In this document: in pieces, positions 24,661 to 39,386 of the stretch
Numbering within the stretch: the first letter of the stretch is position 1
Layout: each line of letters starts with the position of its first letter
From: Octopus sinensis
Lineage: Eukaryota
Reading direction: 5' to 3'
Length of the DNA stretch: 64,000 nt
Assembly (NCBI RefSeq): GCF_006345805.1
Contig: NC_043018.1
Location: 8,556,001-8,620,000 of the forward strand
Translations under genes and position numbers: made by a program
Notes under the pieces: model-generated
Told to the model about the DNA's origin: nothing
Seen by the model: only the letters and a program-made list of their open reading frames with translations
Database searches by the model: none

Positions 24661-27600
24661 TACCTACATGCCTCATTGTTACTATAGTCACTAATTCCTC
24701 AAATTTATCTGTCCCACCACCAATATCTGGGAATCCACCAATGGGTTTGACCCAAACATACACAAAAGCACCCTAACATGGTGGACAGCCACCTAATTGA
24801 TCCTTTTTCCACCCAATATAAGTCTCCACCTATATAGTACTGCTGCACACATTCCATATCTACACAAATACTCCAAAGAATTTAATGAAAACATAAGCAA
24901 AACACACTGATGCTTATGCAGCCTTTGGATACCCCAATAGTCTGATAATCAAGGCATTTTAGCTACCAGGCTTAAAGTATAAAAAAGAGTTTTTAATTTT
25001 GTGTGAGCATTTTACCCAAATTTCATTGCATTTACTAATAACATAACCAAAACGTTTTAGGGTTTCCAATAATTCAGTGAAACAAAGTCTACACCTATAT
25101 CTAACACCACACGCATTTTAATAGAGATATATATAGAAATATATATTTCTCTCTCTTCTTTTTTTGTTTTTGCATATATTCTTAAAGGCTTTTGTTCATT
25201 TTATGTCACTGAAGTATGGTCATGCTGGGGCACCACATTTAATGGTTTTAATCAATCATACTGAATATTTTTTTTTTATTTTGGTACTTATTTTATTGAT
25301 CTTTGACAAGTGCATATATAGCAGGTTTCTGTACAGTTTCCATTTGAATAATTTTACTCACAAGTTATTGGTCAATCTGGATCTGTGGCAGATACATTTG
25401 CTCAAGGTGCCACACAGTGCACATGCACTTCTGAACCCTGCAGTTATGCTTGCTAAAATATATACATAAGGATGAGGGACCCTTCCCCTGCTACATAGGC
25501 TTATATAACTAGTTTCCCAGATTCTGTGGCATATATATTCCCTTCTGGTGGTCTGGAGCAACATGAAATGAAGTGTTTTGCTCAAGAACACACAATGCAT
25601 TGTCCAGTCCTGGAATTGAAACCTCAATCTTACAATCATGAGTGCAACACCCTAACCACTAAGCCACATGCTTCCACACACACACACATTTAGTATGATT
25701 AATGTAAGCAGTATTTGTTTAAAATAGCAATCTGTATATCACACTTAGTTATAACATTGAAAGCGTGCTAAACTGGTATTTGCCTCAAAAGAGCATCTCT
25801 TATAGACGTGTAGTGTTAAAAAGCACAAATATATCAGAAGCAGATGAAAATAGTCCAGCAGCAATGTTGGCATAGCTTAATATGTATTTCTGCTGCTTTG
25901 AGCCTTGTCAGTAGCAAGTATCCACTACCAACCTTCTAATATGGAAAAACTGTGACTGAAAAATCACTGATGTCACAATTAGTCGGCCAGCTAAATAAAA
26001 ATTTGCTATTAGCAATGAAAACTTTATTCATTAAAAATAGCAATCTGTGTGTCATACTTAAAGCAGATATATGAATTTTGTCTGCTCCTGATGTATTTCT
26101 GTTTTTTTAATACTGTGTTTATAAGAGGTACTTTCTTGTGACAGAAACTGCAGTTGGCAGGCTTTCCGTGATGTATTTGCGTAAAATATGATATACAGAA
26201 TGATATGTGTGTGTGTGTGTGTGAGATGACATGGTGTAGTGGTTGGGATGTTGCACGCACAACTGTGAGATTATGGTTTTGATTCCCAGACCAGACTATG
26301 TATTGTGTTCCTGAGCAAGTACTTAATTTCACATTACTCCAGTCTGCTCAGCTGCAAATGGGCCACCCTGCAATGGAATGGTGTTCCTCAGGCAGAATGT
26401 TGCCCTACCCAGTGGGGCAGCATCATTTAAGAGCTGCAACAATGCAAATCGCATTGTGACTAGCGGTGTAGAACAAAATCAAAGTCTGGTCAATACCATG
26501 ATATATGGATGGACAGAACAGGCACAAGCGTGTCTGTGTGGTTAAGATGTTTGCTTCCCACCCAAATGGTTTTATGTTCAATCCTACTGTAAGGCACCTT
26601 GGGAAAGTGTCTTCTACAATAGCTCCAGACTGGCCAAAGCCTTGAGTAGATTTCGTACATGAGAACTTACAGAAAGCCTGTTATATATATATATCACCGT
26701 GACCGACCAGGCTATCAGATGTTGTTACACATCGCTGGTCACAATGCGTTTCGCATTGTTTTAGCCTCCAAATGACACCATCCCACTAGCTAAGCAAGCA
26801 CGCCAACAGAAGAAAGAGTGAGAGAAAGTTGTGGCAAAAGAGTACAGCAGGGATCGCCACCACCCCCTGCTGGAGCCTTGTGGAGCTTTAGGTGTTTTTC
26901 GCTCAATAAACACTCACAACGCCCGGTCTGAGAATCAAAACCGCGATCCTACAACCGCAAATTCGCTGCCCTAACCACTGGGCCATTGCGCCTCTACATA
27001 TATATATATGTTTGTGTGTGTGTCTCCTTGTTGTCACATCTTGTGATTGTTGTGAACGAGTGTCATTCATTTCTGATAATTTGTGAAAACGTGTCTGGCC
27101 ATGAAGAAATATTACCTCCCTTGGAAACAGGTGAAGGTTGTTGACAGGAAGAGCACCGGGCCAAAGGAAAATCTGACTCAAAAAACACTGTTCAACCCAT
27201 TTAAGCAAAGAAAAGTGAATGTTAAAATAAAGATGATACATGCAGATATAATGAGAGTATGTGTGCGGGTGGCACGTAAAAAGCACCCACTACACTCTCG
27301 GAGTGGTTGGCATTAGGAAGGGCATCCAGCTGTAGAAACACTGCCAGATAAGACTGGAGCCTGGTGCAGCCTTCTGGCTTCCCACATCCCCGGTCGAACC
27401 GTCCAACCCATGCTAGCATGGAAAGCGGACATCAAATGATGATGATGTATTGTATATACACAAACACATGAAGATAAGGTATACCCTCTATTATACCATT
27501 CTCATCTTGGATGTGCCTTCAGTTCATTATTCAGCTTCACTTTGACTGCTTAATTACCAAATGTTATTCGGATGGGGTCTTACCATTTCTGGTACTGAGC

Positions 27601-27882
27601 TAATGGGACCAGTTTTGTTTTCTAAGGCCAATTGTTCCTATGACACTTTTGGAGGTATTAAATTTCATTTGTCATAGATTGGCCCAAGTTTTAATAACTT
27701 TTATTCAGAATTGACAAGACATGTGTGCGCAAACATACAAAATTTTTTAAAAAGACAACAAAAAAACATATTTCTATTTTTGAAGGAAAGAAAATTTATT
27801 AAAGGTTAACTTTTGCATTTAGTTGGAGTTATATGTTATTTAATAACACATAGGCCTAAGAACGAAGTAAATAATCCATATC

Positions 27883-28270
27883 AGGAGTGGCTGTGTGGTA
27901 AGTAGCTTGTTTACCAACCACATGGTTTAGGGTTCAGTCCCACTGCATGGCACCTTGGGCAAGTGTCTTCTTCTATAGCCTCGGGCCGACCAAAGCCTTG
28001 TGAGTGGATTTGGTAGACGGAAACTGAAAGAAGCCCATCGTGTATATGTATATATATATATGCGTGTGTGTGTGTATCTGTTTGTCCCCCTAGCATTGCT
28101 TGACAACTGATGCTGGTGTGTTACATCCCCGTTACTTAGCGGTTAAGCAAAAAGAGACCGATAGAATAAGTACTAGGCTTACAAAGAATAAGCCCTGGGG
28201 TCGATTTGCTCAACTAAAGGTGGTGCTCCAGCATGGCCACTGTCAAATGACTGAAACGAGTAAAAGAGTA
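27883..28270 (+). mobile_element. SINE family A at the duplication junction (apparently chimeric)
   Basis: 3' half and right flank match 6630-6800 onward; 5' half and left flank do not match 6246-6600. Confidence 0.8.
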
Positions 28271-29384
28271 AATATTTTCTTTTCCACCTCCTGAGTAAGT
28301 TTCACCATGTAGTTCTTTAGGGTTACATTTGTCACACTTCCCAAGTTTGTCTACTTACAAATCAGTGGGTCTTCAGTAAAGGAAAAGGGGTTTTAAACCA
28401 ACACACACCCACTCAATCCAACCACAAACATTTGAGGTCGAGCAACTGACCAAACAACTTCTTGGGCAAAGAAAACTCAATAAAGATGGTTGTGCAGTTA
28501 CTTGCGTAGTAGAATACTCTGGGTGATGGCTTTTTATATGATTCATAAGATTTGTCCATCCAGTTCCTTTTTTCTGCGTCAACTTTTTACCACACTTGCA
28601 TTTCCATACATGTTCATTTTACTCTTTACTTGTTTCAGTCAGTTGACTGCGGCCATGCTGGAGCACCGCCTTTAGTCAAGCAACTCGACCCCGGGACTTA
28701 TTCTTTGTAAGCCCAGTACTTATTCTATCGGTCTCTTTTGCCGAACCGCTAAGTGACAGGGACGTAAACACACCAGCATCAGTTGTCAAGCAATGCTAGG
28801 GGGACAAACACAGACACACAAATACACACACACATACATACATATATATATATATATGTATACATATATACAACAGGCTTCTTTCAGTTTCCGTCTACCA
28901 AATCCACTCACAAGGCTTAGGTTGGCCCGGAGCTATAGCAGAAGACACTCTCCCAAGATGCCACACAGTGGGACTGAACCCGGAACTATGTGGTTGGTAG
29001 GCAAGCTACTTACCACACAGCCACTCACTGTCTGTTTGGTTAAAATATTTTCTTATGATTTGCTCGTTTTCACGCGGCATGGGTTAGTTTAAAATAGAAA
29101 ATATTTCGCCACTCCACAGATGAAAGTCTGACTGAGATAATAAATTAAAGCGGAATTCAAGATATTGGGTTGTCTGGAAAGTTCGTGCCGATTTATAGTA
29201 GCTCACCTTTCGAACTTATTTTTGAGGCAATGTTGTGATCTTGGTCACTTATGCATCATGGAAACTGGGTAACCAGTCTTATGAGTCTGGCCAGAAACAT
29301 GTTGAACTACGTAAAGCATCAGAGGAAAAAAACCTTGCAATAAATACATTGAAAGCAAAAATTTTTTCATGAGCTCTTAAAATA

Positions 29385-29959
29385 TTGGGTTGTCTGGAAA
29401 GTTTGTGCTGATTTATAGTAGCTTACCTTTCGACTTATTTTAGAACATGATTGAGTCCATAAAATAGGATTTGACTACACCTCCATTTAGAGCACAGTTT
29501 AAGCTATCTTTTCATGGAAGAAGGTTTATGTTGCTATAACCTGTGTTAATTCTGTAACCCTTTAAAATGGAAGATAAGAAAGTTAATTTTTGGCACCTGA
29601 TGCATTTCTTTTTCCGTAAAGGGAAAAAGTGCCTCACAAGCAACCAAAGAAATATGCGCAGTTTACAGTGATGTTTCTTTATCCGAAAGAACAGTACGGA
29701 AGTGGTTCACAAGGTTCCGAGCTGGAGATTGCAGCCTTATTGATAAAGAGCAATCAGGCAGACCATCCACTACAGATGATGACCAAATCAAGTCATTGAT
29801 AGAGAATAACCTACATTGCACAACCCAAGAATTGGCAGAAAGTCTCAACCTATCAAAATCCATCGTTCATGAGCACCTGGTAAAACTTGGGTAATGGCAA
29901 GTATTTATTGACCTTTTTCTTTCCTTTAAAAATTGGCACTAACTTTCCGGACGACCCAA
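29385..29959 (+). mobile_element. Mariner deletion derivative, duplicate of 7908-8429
   Basis: TIRs and TA TSD; retains the ATG and two segments deleted in the first copy. Confidence 0.88.
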
Positions 29960-30912
29960 TACAACGGTGTTACAGATGAAGTTATGATTTAATGACTTAC
30001 AGACAGAATGTATGAATCATTCTTGGCAGTCAGAAGCAAGAATCACTCTACAGTGATTATTTGATAACATACACAATAGCCAAGTCCCAAACACCTCAGA
30101 ATGTGTGAATCATTTTCGGCAGTCCTAACCAAGCATCAATGCTTGACAGCAGTTGTTTGACAACATACACAATAGCCAATTCCCAAGCATGACAGAATGT
30201 GCAAATCATTCTCAGCAGTCAGAACAAAGCGTCAACACAATATCTCAAATAACAGAAAGCTGTATTTGCCAATTGAACGTGAAATGAAATATGAGCCATT
30301 GGAACAACTTTCGCGGGCAATGTTGCAATTAACTGCAATTAATTGATATGATAGTAATCAATTATTTAATTGGCTGTACGACTCTAATCAAATAATTGGA
30401 CCAATATATTGCAATTAATTTTTTATCAATTTATTTTTTTACAACCCTTGATATATATATCAAAATGGGGCTAGCTACAGTTGTCCTTGAATTTATAACA
30501 TAAAAATAAAATCATAATCATAAAATAAAGAGAGTGTAACCTGTCAAAGAAAGATTACACTTAGGTTAATGGGGAGGGCTGTGCACTCCTGGACATAAAC
30601 ACGCAGTGTGTGTGTGCACAGTCAATCCCACTCACTAAGCAACAGCAGCCATAATCCAAAAAGAACAAGTCAACATCATCGGTCACCACTGAGCCTCAGG
30701 TTTTATGTCGGAGTCATCCCAGTTACCTGAGTTACCTTCTCCTAGAAGGATGCCCTAACAAAGGCTAGGGGTCCTTCACTCCCAATGGTTTAACCGCGCG
30801 ATCGGGTATTCAGTCCGATTATTTCTATGTCCCCGCGCATGATACAGCCTTAAGCTGAATAAGATTGATATAAGGAGGAAAAAAAAAGAAACATACGATA
30901 TATATATATATA

Positions 30913-31088
30913 TATAATTTCAACAATTGAGGGTAAAATTAATTAATTATTAATCAATTTCACCAAGTATTCAGTATGTAAAGGGACCATTATAGGCGAA
31001 TTCGCCTATAATGGTCCCTTTACATACTGAATACTTGGTGAAATTGATTAATAATTAATTAATTTTACCCTCAATTGTTGAAATTATA
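30913..31088. repeat. Perfect 176-bp palindrome at the start of a copy-2-specific insert (30913-31545)
   Basis: Centred on ggcgaa|ttcgcc at 31000/31001 with no spacer. Confidence 0.9.
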
Positions 31089-31541
31089 ATTCATCTCTCT
31101 CTGCTAAATGCTGCGCGGTTTTTCACCGTTAATACATGTGTTTGTCAATTTTAACCCACGGGTGGAAAAGGGAGAGCAGAAATTCTTCGCTTGCATATTC
31201 AAATTGATAGCACTTTTAGTTCGAGCAGAATTCTAGAGGTGATTAGAAGCCGAAAGGGTATGCTCCCAACTTTCAGTGTTCCCAAATCCGATTCAAGGAA
31301 TTCTGAGCTGAAGAAAGAAATGTCGAATTGACTAATCTAGAATCTAGAAACGTACGTTCTCAAATAACCTTTGCACTTGATTTTTTAATGTTTTTTCCCC
31401 CATACTTTTGTGAGTTGGTTTAGGCAAAACACTATCTGAGAGAGATCTTCTTTAAGTATTAGAAATAGCTGAAGAAATTTCTTTAGCTGCTATTTCTAAT
31501 GTTTTCAGTATGTGGCAAAGTAATTTATTTTACTAAGCCCT

Positions 31542-31583
<42 letters not shown>

Positions 31584-32404
31584 ATTGGGATCTTTTCGGT
31601 TTGAACGGCAGTTTTCTCTAGCGGTGTCATATGAAATTGTCACCCAGAATTATGACCCTAGTATCGATCTATTGCATTTCAATCTATTTTAGGGTAAGGG
31701 TTAGGGGATCTTTTCGGTTTGAACGGCAGTTTTTTAAGATAATTTCCACGTTACTAAACACTTTTAAATTTCGTATACTGGTAGAATGTGTTTATAAAAC
31801 ATCTTTTTCTCTTGGCTTTATGGAGAAAATTCTATAGTTTGTAAGATATTTGTTGTTGTTTTTTTTCAATTTCTGCAATTTTAATCAATCAATGACGTCT
31901 ATTGGGTGAAAAACATTCTGTGCGTATGAATATGTCCTTCGTTTAAGAAACAGATCGGGTTTATTTACATTTCTGAAGAAAAAAAATACCATTCCCCCCA
32001 CCCCTAACCTAACTAACCCTAAAACAGATTGAATGCAATAGATCAATACTAGGGTCATAATTATGGGTGACAATTTCATATGACGCCGCCAGGAAAAACT
32101 GCCTTTCAAACCGAAAAGATCCTATAAAAATATACAATATATAAAAATTAGTGAGAAAAAGGCAGATATACAGTAAATATATAATTACACATTTATTGGA
32201 TGGCCGTTGACTCTCAAGAATTCTTTGACGGGCTTTGTTTTTCCTCCCGCAGGGTGTCCAATAAACACCCTACTTACTAAGCAAGCTTGGTGGGGTTGCC
32301 CGGTTTAGTCGCCAACGGCCCGACCATGCAACAGGTTGTACAGGGTTGCATGATTCCAGTAGCACTCAAAAGTGACTTGACATATATACATACATACATA
32401 CGTG

Positions 32405-32660
32405 CAGGAAACATTTTTTCACGCTGAGAGTTGCTGAAGCATGGAACAAACTGCCGGCATCAGTTGTTAGTTGTCGGAGCACTGCATCCTTCAAAACTTC
32501 CATGCTTCCTGAGATTCGCCAACACTACACCTGATTTTCTCCCCTCCATACACACACAAGCATGTATCTGACTCATACATTGTTTGCTTCCCAGGCATTT
32601 GTACATTACTGCATGTACTCTGACAAGTTGTGGTACACCTGAGCCCTGTATACAATAATT

Positions 32661-32696
<36 letters not shown>

Positions 32697-32700
32697 TATA
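32405..32700 (+). mobile_element. CR1-like LINE 3' end, 5'-truncated, copy-2-specific
   Basis: Matches 52045-52310; (ATT)n tail. Confidence 0.8.
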
Positions 32701-33719
32701 CATACATACACACATACATACATACATACATACGTACATACATACATCCATACACACATACATACGTACATACATACATACACACATACATACGTACATA
32801 CATACATACATACATACATACACATACATACATACACACACACGCATGCGCACAAACAAGAAGGAACGCAGTGTAAATAATGGACTGAGTCAAGACTATT
32901 GAAAAGGTTGCAAGATACAACGAAAATTTTAGGACAATAAAAATAAGAAATAAGTGGAAATTTTACTGGTGAGTGTGTTAAATTATAAGGCACAAAAAAA
33001 AATGACTCTCCCCGACACAAACAGAATAATAAAAAAAGGTACAAGCATTTAAATGAATGTAAGTTTAGCCAATCAAAAAGCCTCCTTGCCGATGTTGTCA
33101 TGTTGTCATGGAGACAGCTTACACAACGAAGTCGAAAACTTTCATTATCCTCTCTGCTAGAAGCACAAGGAACTAAAATTTGGGGAGGAAGGGGTTAGTC
33201 CATTATATCGACCTAGTGCTCAATTGGTACTTAATTTATCGTTTTAAAAAGCTTTAATAATAAAATGTAAGAAGCGAAACAGGAAAAAAAAATGATGAAA
33301 TATCTCTCTAAAATATTTTTATAAATGTTAAAGATTTAAAAGAAAAATCAAAAGTTATGAAAAGACGTTGGCTCAGTTGTAGTTATTTTAACTCAGCTGA
33401 GTGATTGCTGCAATAATTTCTGTAAATTACGCAATCTGTAAATGTAAACACCAATGACAACTTCCTGTCATATCTCTGGTGAGTGTATGGGGGGGGGGAG
33501 TCGTTAGAAATACCAGTCAAGCGTTAAGTAATTACTTAGTAGTAGTGGTAGGGGCAACAGCACCCGTTGAGAACATTTGCAGCTGTAACAAAAGGCTGCA
33601 GTAGGTCAAATGTCTGTTTCTATTTCTTTTATGGTCTGAATAATCGCTCACGATTTTCAATTACTGTTATAGATATACTGGGAATATAAAACCTAGTTTT
33701 TGTGTGCAAGACAACAAAG

Positions 33720-34126
33720 ATGGTATCGAAGTTAACTATATCTGTTTGGTGGCCGTCATCGATATTATTCCTGGTTCTTTTACTATCTTCAACAAGTTTA
33801 TCCTGGGACGTTACGGCATTTCGGACAGGCATCTCTAGCGGTCCGTACAAACCCGATTGGCAATCTCTTGACACACGTCCCACACCAAAATGGTACGACG
33901 AGGCCAAAATCGGCATCTTTCTACATTGGGGTGTGTTTTCTGTGCCCAGCTTTCACTCTGCTTGGTTCTGGTGGTATTTTGCAGAGAAACGGTACCCGGT
34001 CTATGTGAAATTTATGAAGGACAATTATAGGCCAGACTTCACCTACCAGGATTTTGCTCCGATGTTCACCGCAGAGTTCTTCGACCCAAACCAGTGGGCA
34101 GAAATATTTACCAAATCCGGTGCCAG
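33720..34126 (+). CDS. FUCA: FUCA copy 2 exon 1
   Basis: Near-identical to 11746-12152. Confidence 0.92.
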
Positions 34127-34595
34127 GTTGTTGTTTATTTTTGTTTTATTTTTTGTTTCACTTGTTAAATGTTGTTGTTGTTTTCCTGATCCAACACGAG
34201 TATGACATTTGTCCCAGTGATGGCCTCATTTTTTCAAATATCAGTTGTAGGGATCTTTTCGGTTTGAACGGCAGTTTTTGACATAATTTCTAGGTAACTA
34301 AAGACTTTTAAACTTCGTATATAACTGCGTTAAACTCCATTTATTTATTCATATATATATATATATCTATATATATATATATATGAAAAAACTAAATATA
34401 CATAAGTGAAAACTAAAACAATACTTAAATTATTAAATACTTTAAAATTAAATAAAATACACAAAGATGGTACAAGTCATTAAATTGTAATCAAAATAAG
34501 AAATGGTTCAAATATAGACAAACTCCTTAAATAAGCTAACCATAATCAATATACATGTGTAGTATCTATAGATTAATATAACATCTATAACAAAC

Positions 34596-34634
<39 letters not shown>

Positions 34635-36980
34635 GTGTGTGTATATATAAAAAAAAGGTAAAGACCCCCTTCGGTCATGAATGACCATGCATGGATTGCA
34701 CCTAGAAAGTTACCCTCCAAGACACAAGTCCGGGCAAGGTTGTTTATGGAAGACCAGCAGTCGCCCATGCATACCAGCCTCCCCTCTCCATGCCACCAGT
34801 GTTATCCAAGGGAAAGACAGAGGTCGATACAGCTTGGCACCTATGACGTCGCAACTCATTTCTACCGCAGAGTGAAGTGGAGCAACGTGAAATAAATGGC
34901 CTTGCTCAAGAACACAACACGCAGCCCGGTCCGGGATTCGAGCTCACAACCTCACGATCGTAAGCTCGACGCTCTAACCACTGAGCCATTATATGTATAT
35001 ATATATATGTGTATATATATATATGTATATATATATGTATATATATATATATACATGTATTGAGGCAAGTGAAAATCAAATCAAAACAAATCAAAATAGA
35101 TGAACATCAATGAATCTGTATCTTTGTGGTACCAGTGCCGGTGGCACACACTTTGTGGTACCAGTGCCGGTGGCACACATGAGAACCATCCGAACGTGGC
35201 CGTAGCCAGTTCCGCATCGACCGGCCTCCGTGCTGTGGGCACGTAACAAACACCATCCGATCATGGCCGTTCGCCAGCCTCATCTGGCACCTGTGTCGGT
35301 GGCACATAAAAACACCTTCCGAAGACCCGGCAAGACTAGTCAGTCCACCTGTGCATACCTTCCTCTTGTGAACCTGTGAAGACCGGTTGAGGCAAGTGAA
35401 AATCAAATCAAATCAAATCAAATCAAAATAGACAAATAGATGAACATCAATGGAATTTGTATCTTGTGGTACCAGTGCCTGTGGCACACAAGAAATCCAT
35501 CAGTGCCGTAGTCAGTGCGGTGGGCACATGACACAACACCATCCGATCGTGCCGTTCGCCAGCCTCATCTAGCACCTGTGTCGGTGGCACATAAAAAACA
35601 CCATCCGAAGACCCGGCAAACTAGTCAGGCCATAACCCATGGCCCCTACCTGGGACGTAGTCAGTCCACCTGTGCATACCTTCCTTCTTGTGACACTTGT
35701 GAAGACCTGTTGAGGCAAGTGAAAATCAAATCAAATCAAATCAAAACAAATCAAAATAGATGAACATCAATGGAATTTGTATCTTTGGGGTAACCAGTGC
35801 CGGTGGCACGTGGCAATATAAGAAAACCATCCGAAATGGCCGTAGCCAGTACCGCATCGACTGGCCTCCGTGCTGTGGGCACGTAACAAGCACCATCCGA
35901 TCGTGCCGTTTGCCAGCCTCGTCTGGCACCTGTGTCGGGGCACATAAAAACACCATCCGAGCGTGGCCGTCTGCCAGCCTCGTCTGGCACCTGTGTCGGT
36001 GGCACATAAAAACACCATCCGAGCGTGGCCGTCTGCCAGCCTCGTCTGGCCCTGTGTCGTGGCACATAAAAAACACCATCCGAGCGTGGCCGTCTGCCAG
36101 CCTCGTCTGGCACCTGTGTCGGTGGCACATAAAAAAACCATCCGAGCGTGGCCGTTTGTCAGCCTCGTCTGGCACCGTGTCGGTGGCACATAAAATCACC
36201 CACTCACTCTCGCGGAGTGGTTGGCGTTAGAAGGGCATCCAGCTGTAGAAACACTGCCAGATCTGACTGGACTGGTGCAGCTTTCGGGCTCCCCAGACCC
36301 CAGTTGAACCGTCCAACCCATGCTAGCATGGAAAGCGGACGTTAAATGATGATGATGATGATGATGATGATATATATACATGTATATAATATATATAATA
36401 TATATATATAATATATAATATTATATATATATGTGTAATATATATATGTGTATATTATATTTGTATATATATGTGTATATATATGTGTATATATATATAT
36501 GTGTATATAGATATATTTATATATATGTGTATATATATGTGTATATTATATATGTGTATATTATGTATTAATATGTGTATATATATATGTGTATATATAT
36601 GTGTATATATATTATATATGTAGATATATATGTGTATATATATATATATGTATATATATATGTGTATATATATATATGTATATATATATTGTATATATAT
36701 ATGTGTATATATATATGTATATATATATATGTATATAATAATATGTGTATATATATATAATGTGTATATATATATATATATATGTGTGTGATATATATAT
36801 ATATATAATATTATATATATATATATATTATATGGTGTGTATATATATTATAATATATATATATATGTATATAATATATATGTATATATATATGTGTATA
36901 TATATATATTGTTATATATATGTGATATATATATGTGTGTATATATATATATATATTATATATATGTATATCTATATATG

Positions 36981-37012
<32 letters not shown>

Positions 37013-37064
37013 ATATGTATATATATATTGTATATATATATGTGTGTATCTATATATATATATA

Positions 37065-37095
<31 letters not shown>

Positions 37096-37284
37096 TATAG
37101 TGCTATATATATAATATATATATGTATATATTATATGTAATATATATATATGTATATATATATGTATATATATATATGTATATAATATATGTATATATAT
37201 TATGTATATATGTATATATATATATGTATATATATAGATGTGTATATATATATATGTATATATATATGTTATGTATATTATATG

Positions 37285-37315
<31 letters not shown>

Positions 37316-37402
37316 GTATATTATATATGTATATATATATATGTATATATATATATATGTATGTATATATATATATATGTATGTTATATATATATATGTA
37401 TG

Positions 37403-37433
<31 letters not shown>

Positions 37434-38055
37434 TATGTATATATATATATATGTATATGTATATATATATATGTTATGTAATATATATATGTAATATATA
37501 TATATATGTATATATATATATTCTATATATATATCTATATGTATATATATATGTATATATGTATTATATATGTGTATATATGTATATATATATGTTATAT
37601 ATGTATATATATATGTGTATATATGTATATATATATATATGTATTATATGTATATATATATGTATATATATGTATATATATATGTATATATGTATATATA
37701 TATGTATATATATATATATAATATATTTATATGCTATATTTGTATATTTATATATATATGTATATATATATGTATATATATATATTTGTATATGTATATA
37801 TATATATATACATGTGTATATATATATGTATATATATATGTGTATATATATATATTATATATATATATATACATGTGTATATATATTTACTATATATATA
37901 TATACATGTGTATATATATATGTATATATATATGTATTATATGTATATATATATGTATATATATATATAATATTTGTATATATATATAATATATATATAT
38001 TATATTATATATATATATTATATATATGTATATATATATATATATATATATTATG

Positions 38056-38091
<36 letters not shown>

Positions 38092-38959
38092 TATCTGTAT
38101 ATATATAATGTGAGCCGCAAGGGCCTTCGTTTTTGGAATCTCCACTTATAGAAATGGAAAAAACGGTCTTTTGACTGCAGTATAAGTATTACTCTTATAT
38201 ATATATATTAGGTATGTAGAAAAATACAACATGGACAGAACGTATAACTCTTAGAAGACGATACAATAAACACGGACAGGACATTCGAAACCCCCAGTCT
38301 TCAGTCAAGAACCGGATCATCGTAGTAATTTCGGCTGATTAATCTTGAGATTACTAGATCACGGCCAGCCCTCCAAAAAAACTAAGCACGAGCATTAGAA
38401 AACTAAGCTGGGAGCGTAGATTTCCTGGAAGAAGGATCGAATGCATACGGACACCAGGACAGCAAAGGGACGAATATAAAAAAACAATGGAATACAGAAA
38501 CATGAAATACAGAAGCATTAACGGTGAAAACAACAACAAGTGTCTTACGACTGATAACAAGCAAACAAATTTTTTCTCTGGCGCAAGGAAAGGAGCCTTA
38601 TCGGCGATGCCTATAGCGGCGGACGAAAACAACGATGTTAACACGACGCTGGTCAGAAGCTGAAAGGCAGATTTCGGCCAGCAGTCACGTGACAGAGAAG
38701 AGAGAAAAGAAAAGAAAGAGAAGCAACGGAAGAGAGAGAGAGAGAGAGAGAGAGAGGAGGGACAAACGCGACAAGAGCGAGAGAGAGAGAGAGAAAGAAG
38801 GAATCAGAGAGGAGAAGGGATGGGTGTCGAAGAGCGACCTGTGAGTGCAGAGCGAGACAAAGAAATAGGAGGGTAGTGGAAGATTAACCAAAGAATCAGA
38901 GGAAAGAGAAGAGAAAAAGAGGATGAGTTAGAGAGAGAAGGGACAGATCAAGTAAAAGT

Positions 38960-39037
<78 letters not shown>

Positions 39038-39170
39038 TGTATGTATTATATATATATATATGTATATATATGTATATATATATATGTATATATATGTATA
39101 TATATAATGTATATATGTATTATATATATATATGTATATATATGTATATATATATATATGTATATATATG

Positions 39171-39227
<57 letters not shown>

Positions 39228-39243
39228 TATATGTATATATATG

Positions 39244-39276
<33 letters not shown>

Positions 39277-39287
39277 GTATATATATG

Positions 39288-39334
<47 letters not shown>

Positions 39335-39352
39335 GTATATATAGTATATATG

Positions 39353-39386
<34 letters not shown>

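Noticed and set aside
34920-34990. tRNA-like sequence with A and B boxes (also at 26925-26995 and 49636-49700)
   Set aside because: It continues into SINE bodies and has no convincing acceptor stem, so these are SINE heads rather than tRNA genes.
35880-36195. Regular ~63-bp repeats resembling a CRISPR array
   Set aside because: There are no unique spacers and no cas genes; this is a minisatellite inside a eukaryotic SINE.
38270-38357. Possible permuted hammerhead on the - strand (GAAA...CTGAAGA)
   Set aside because: I could not pair stems I and II convincingly by eye.
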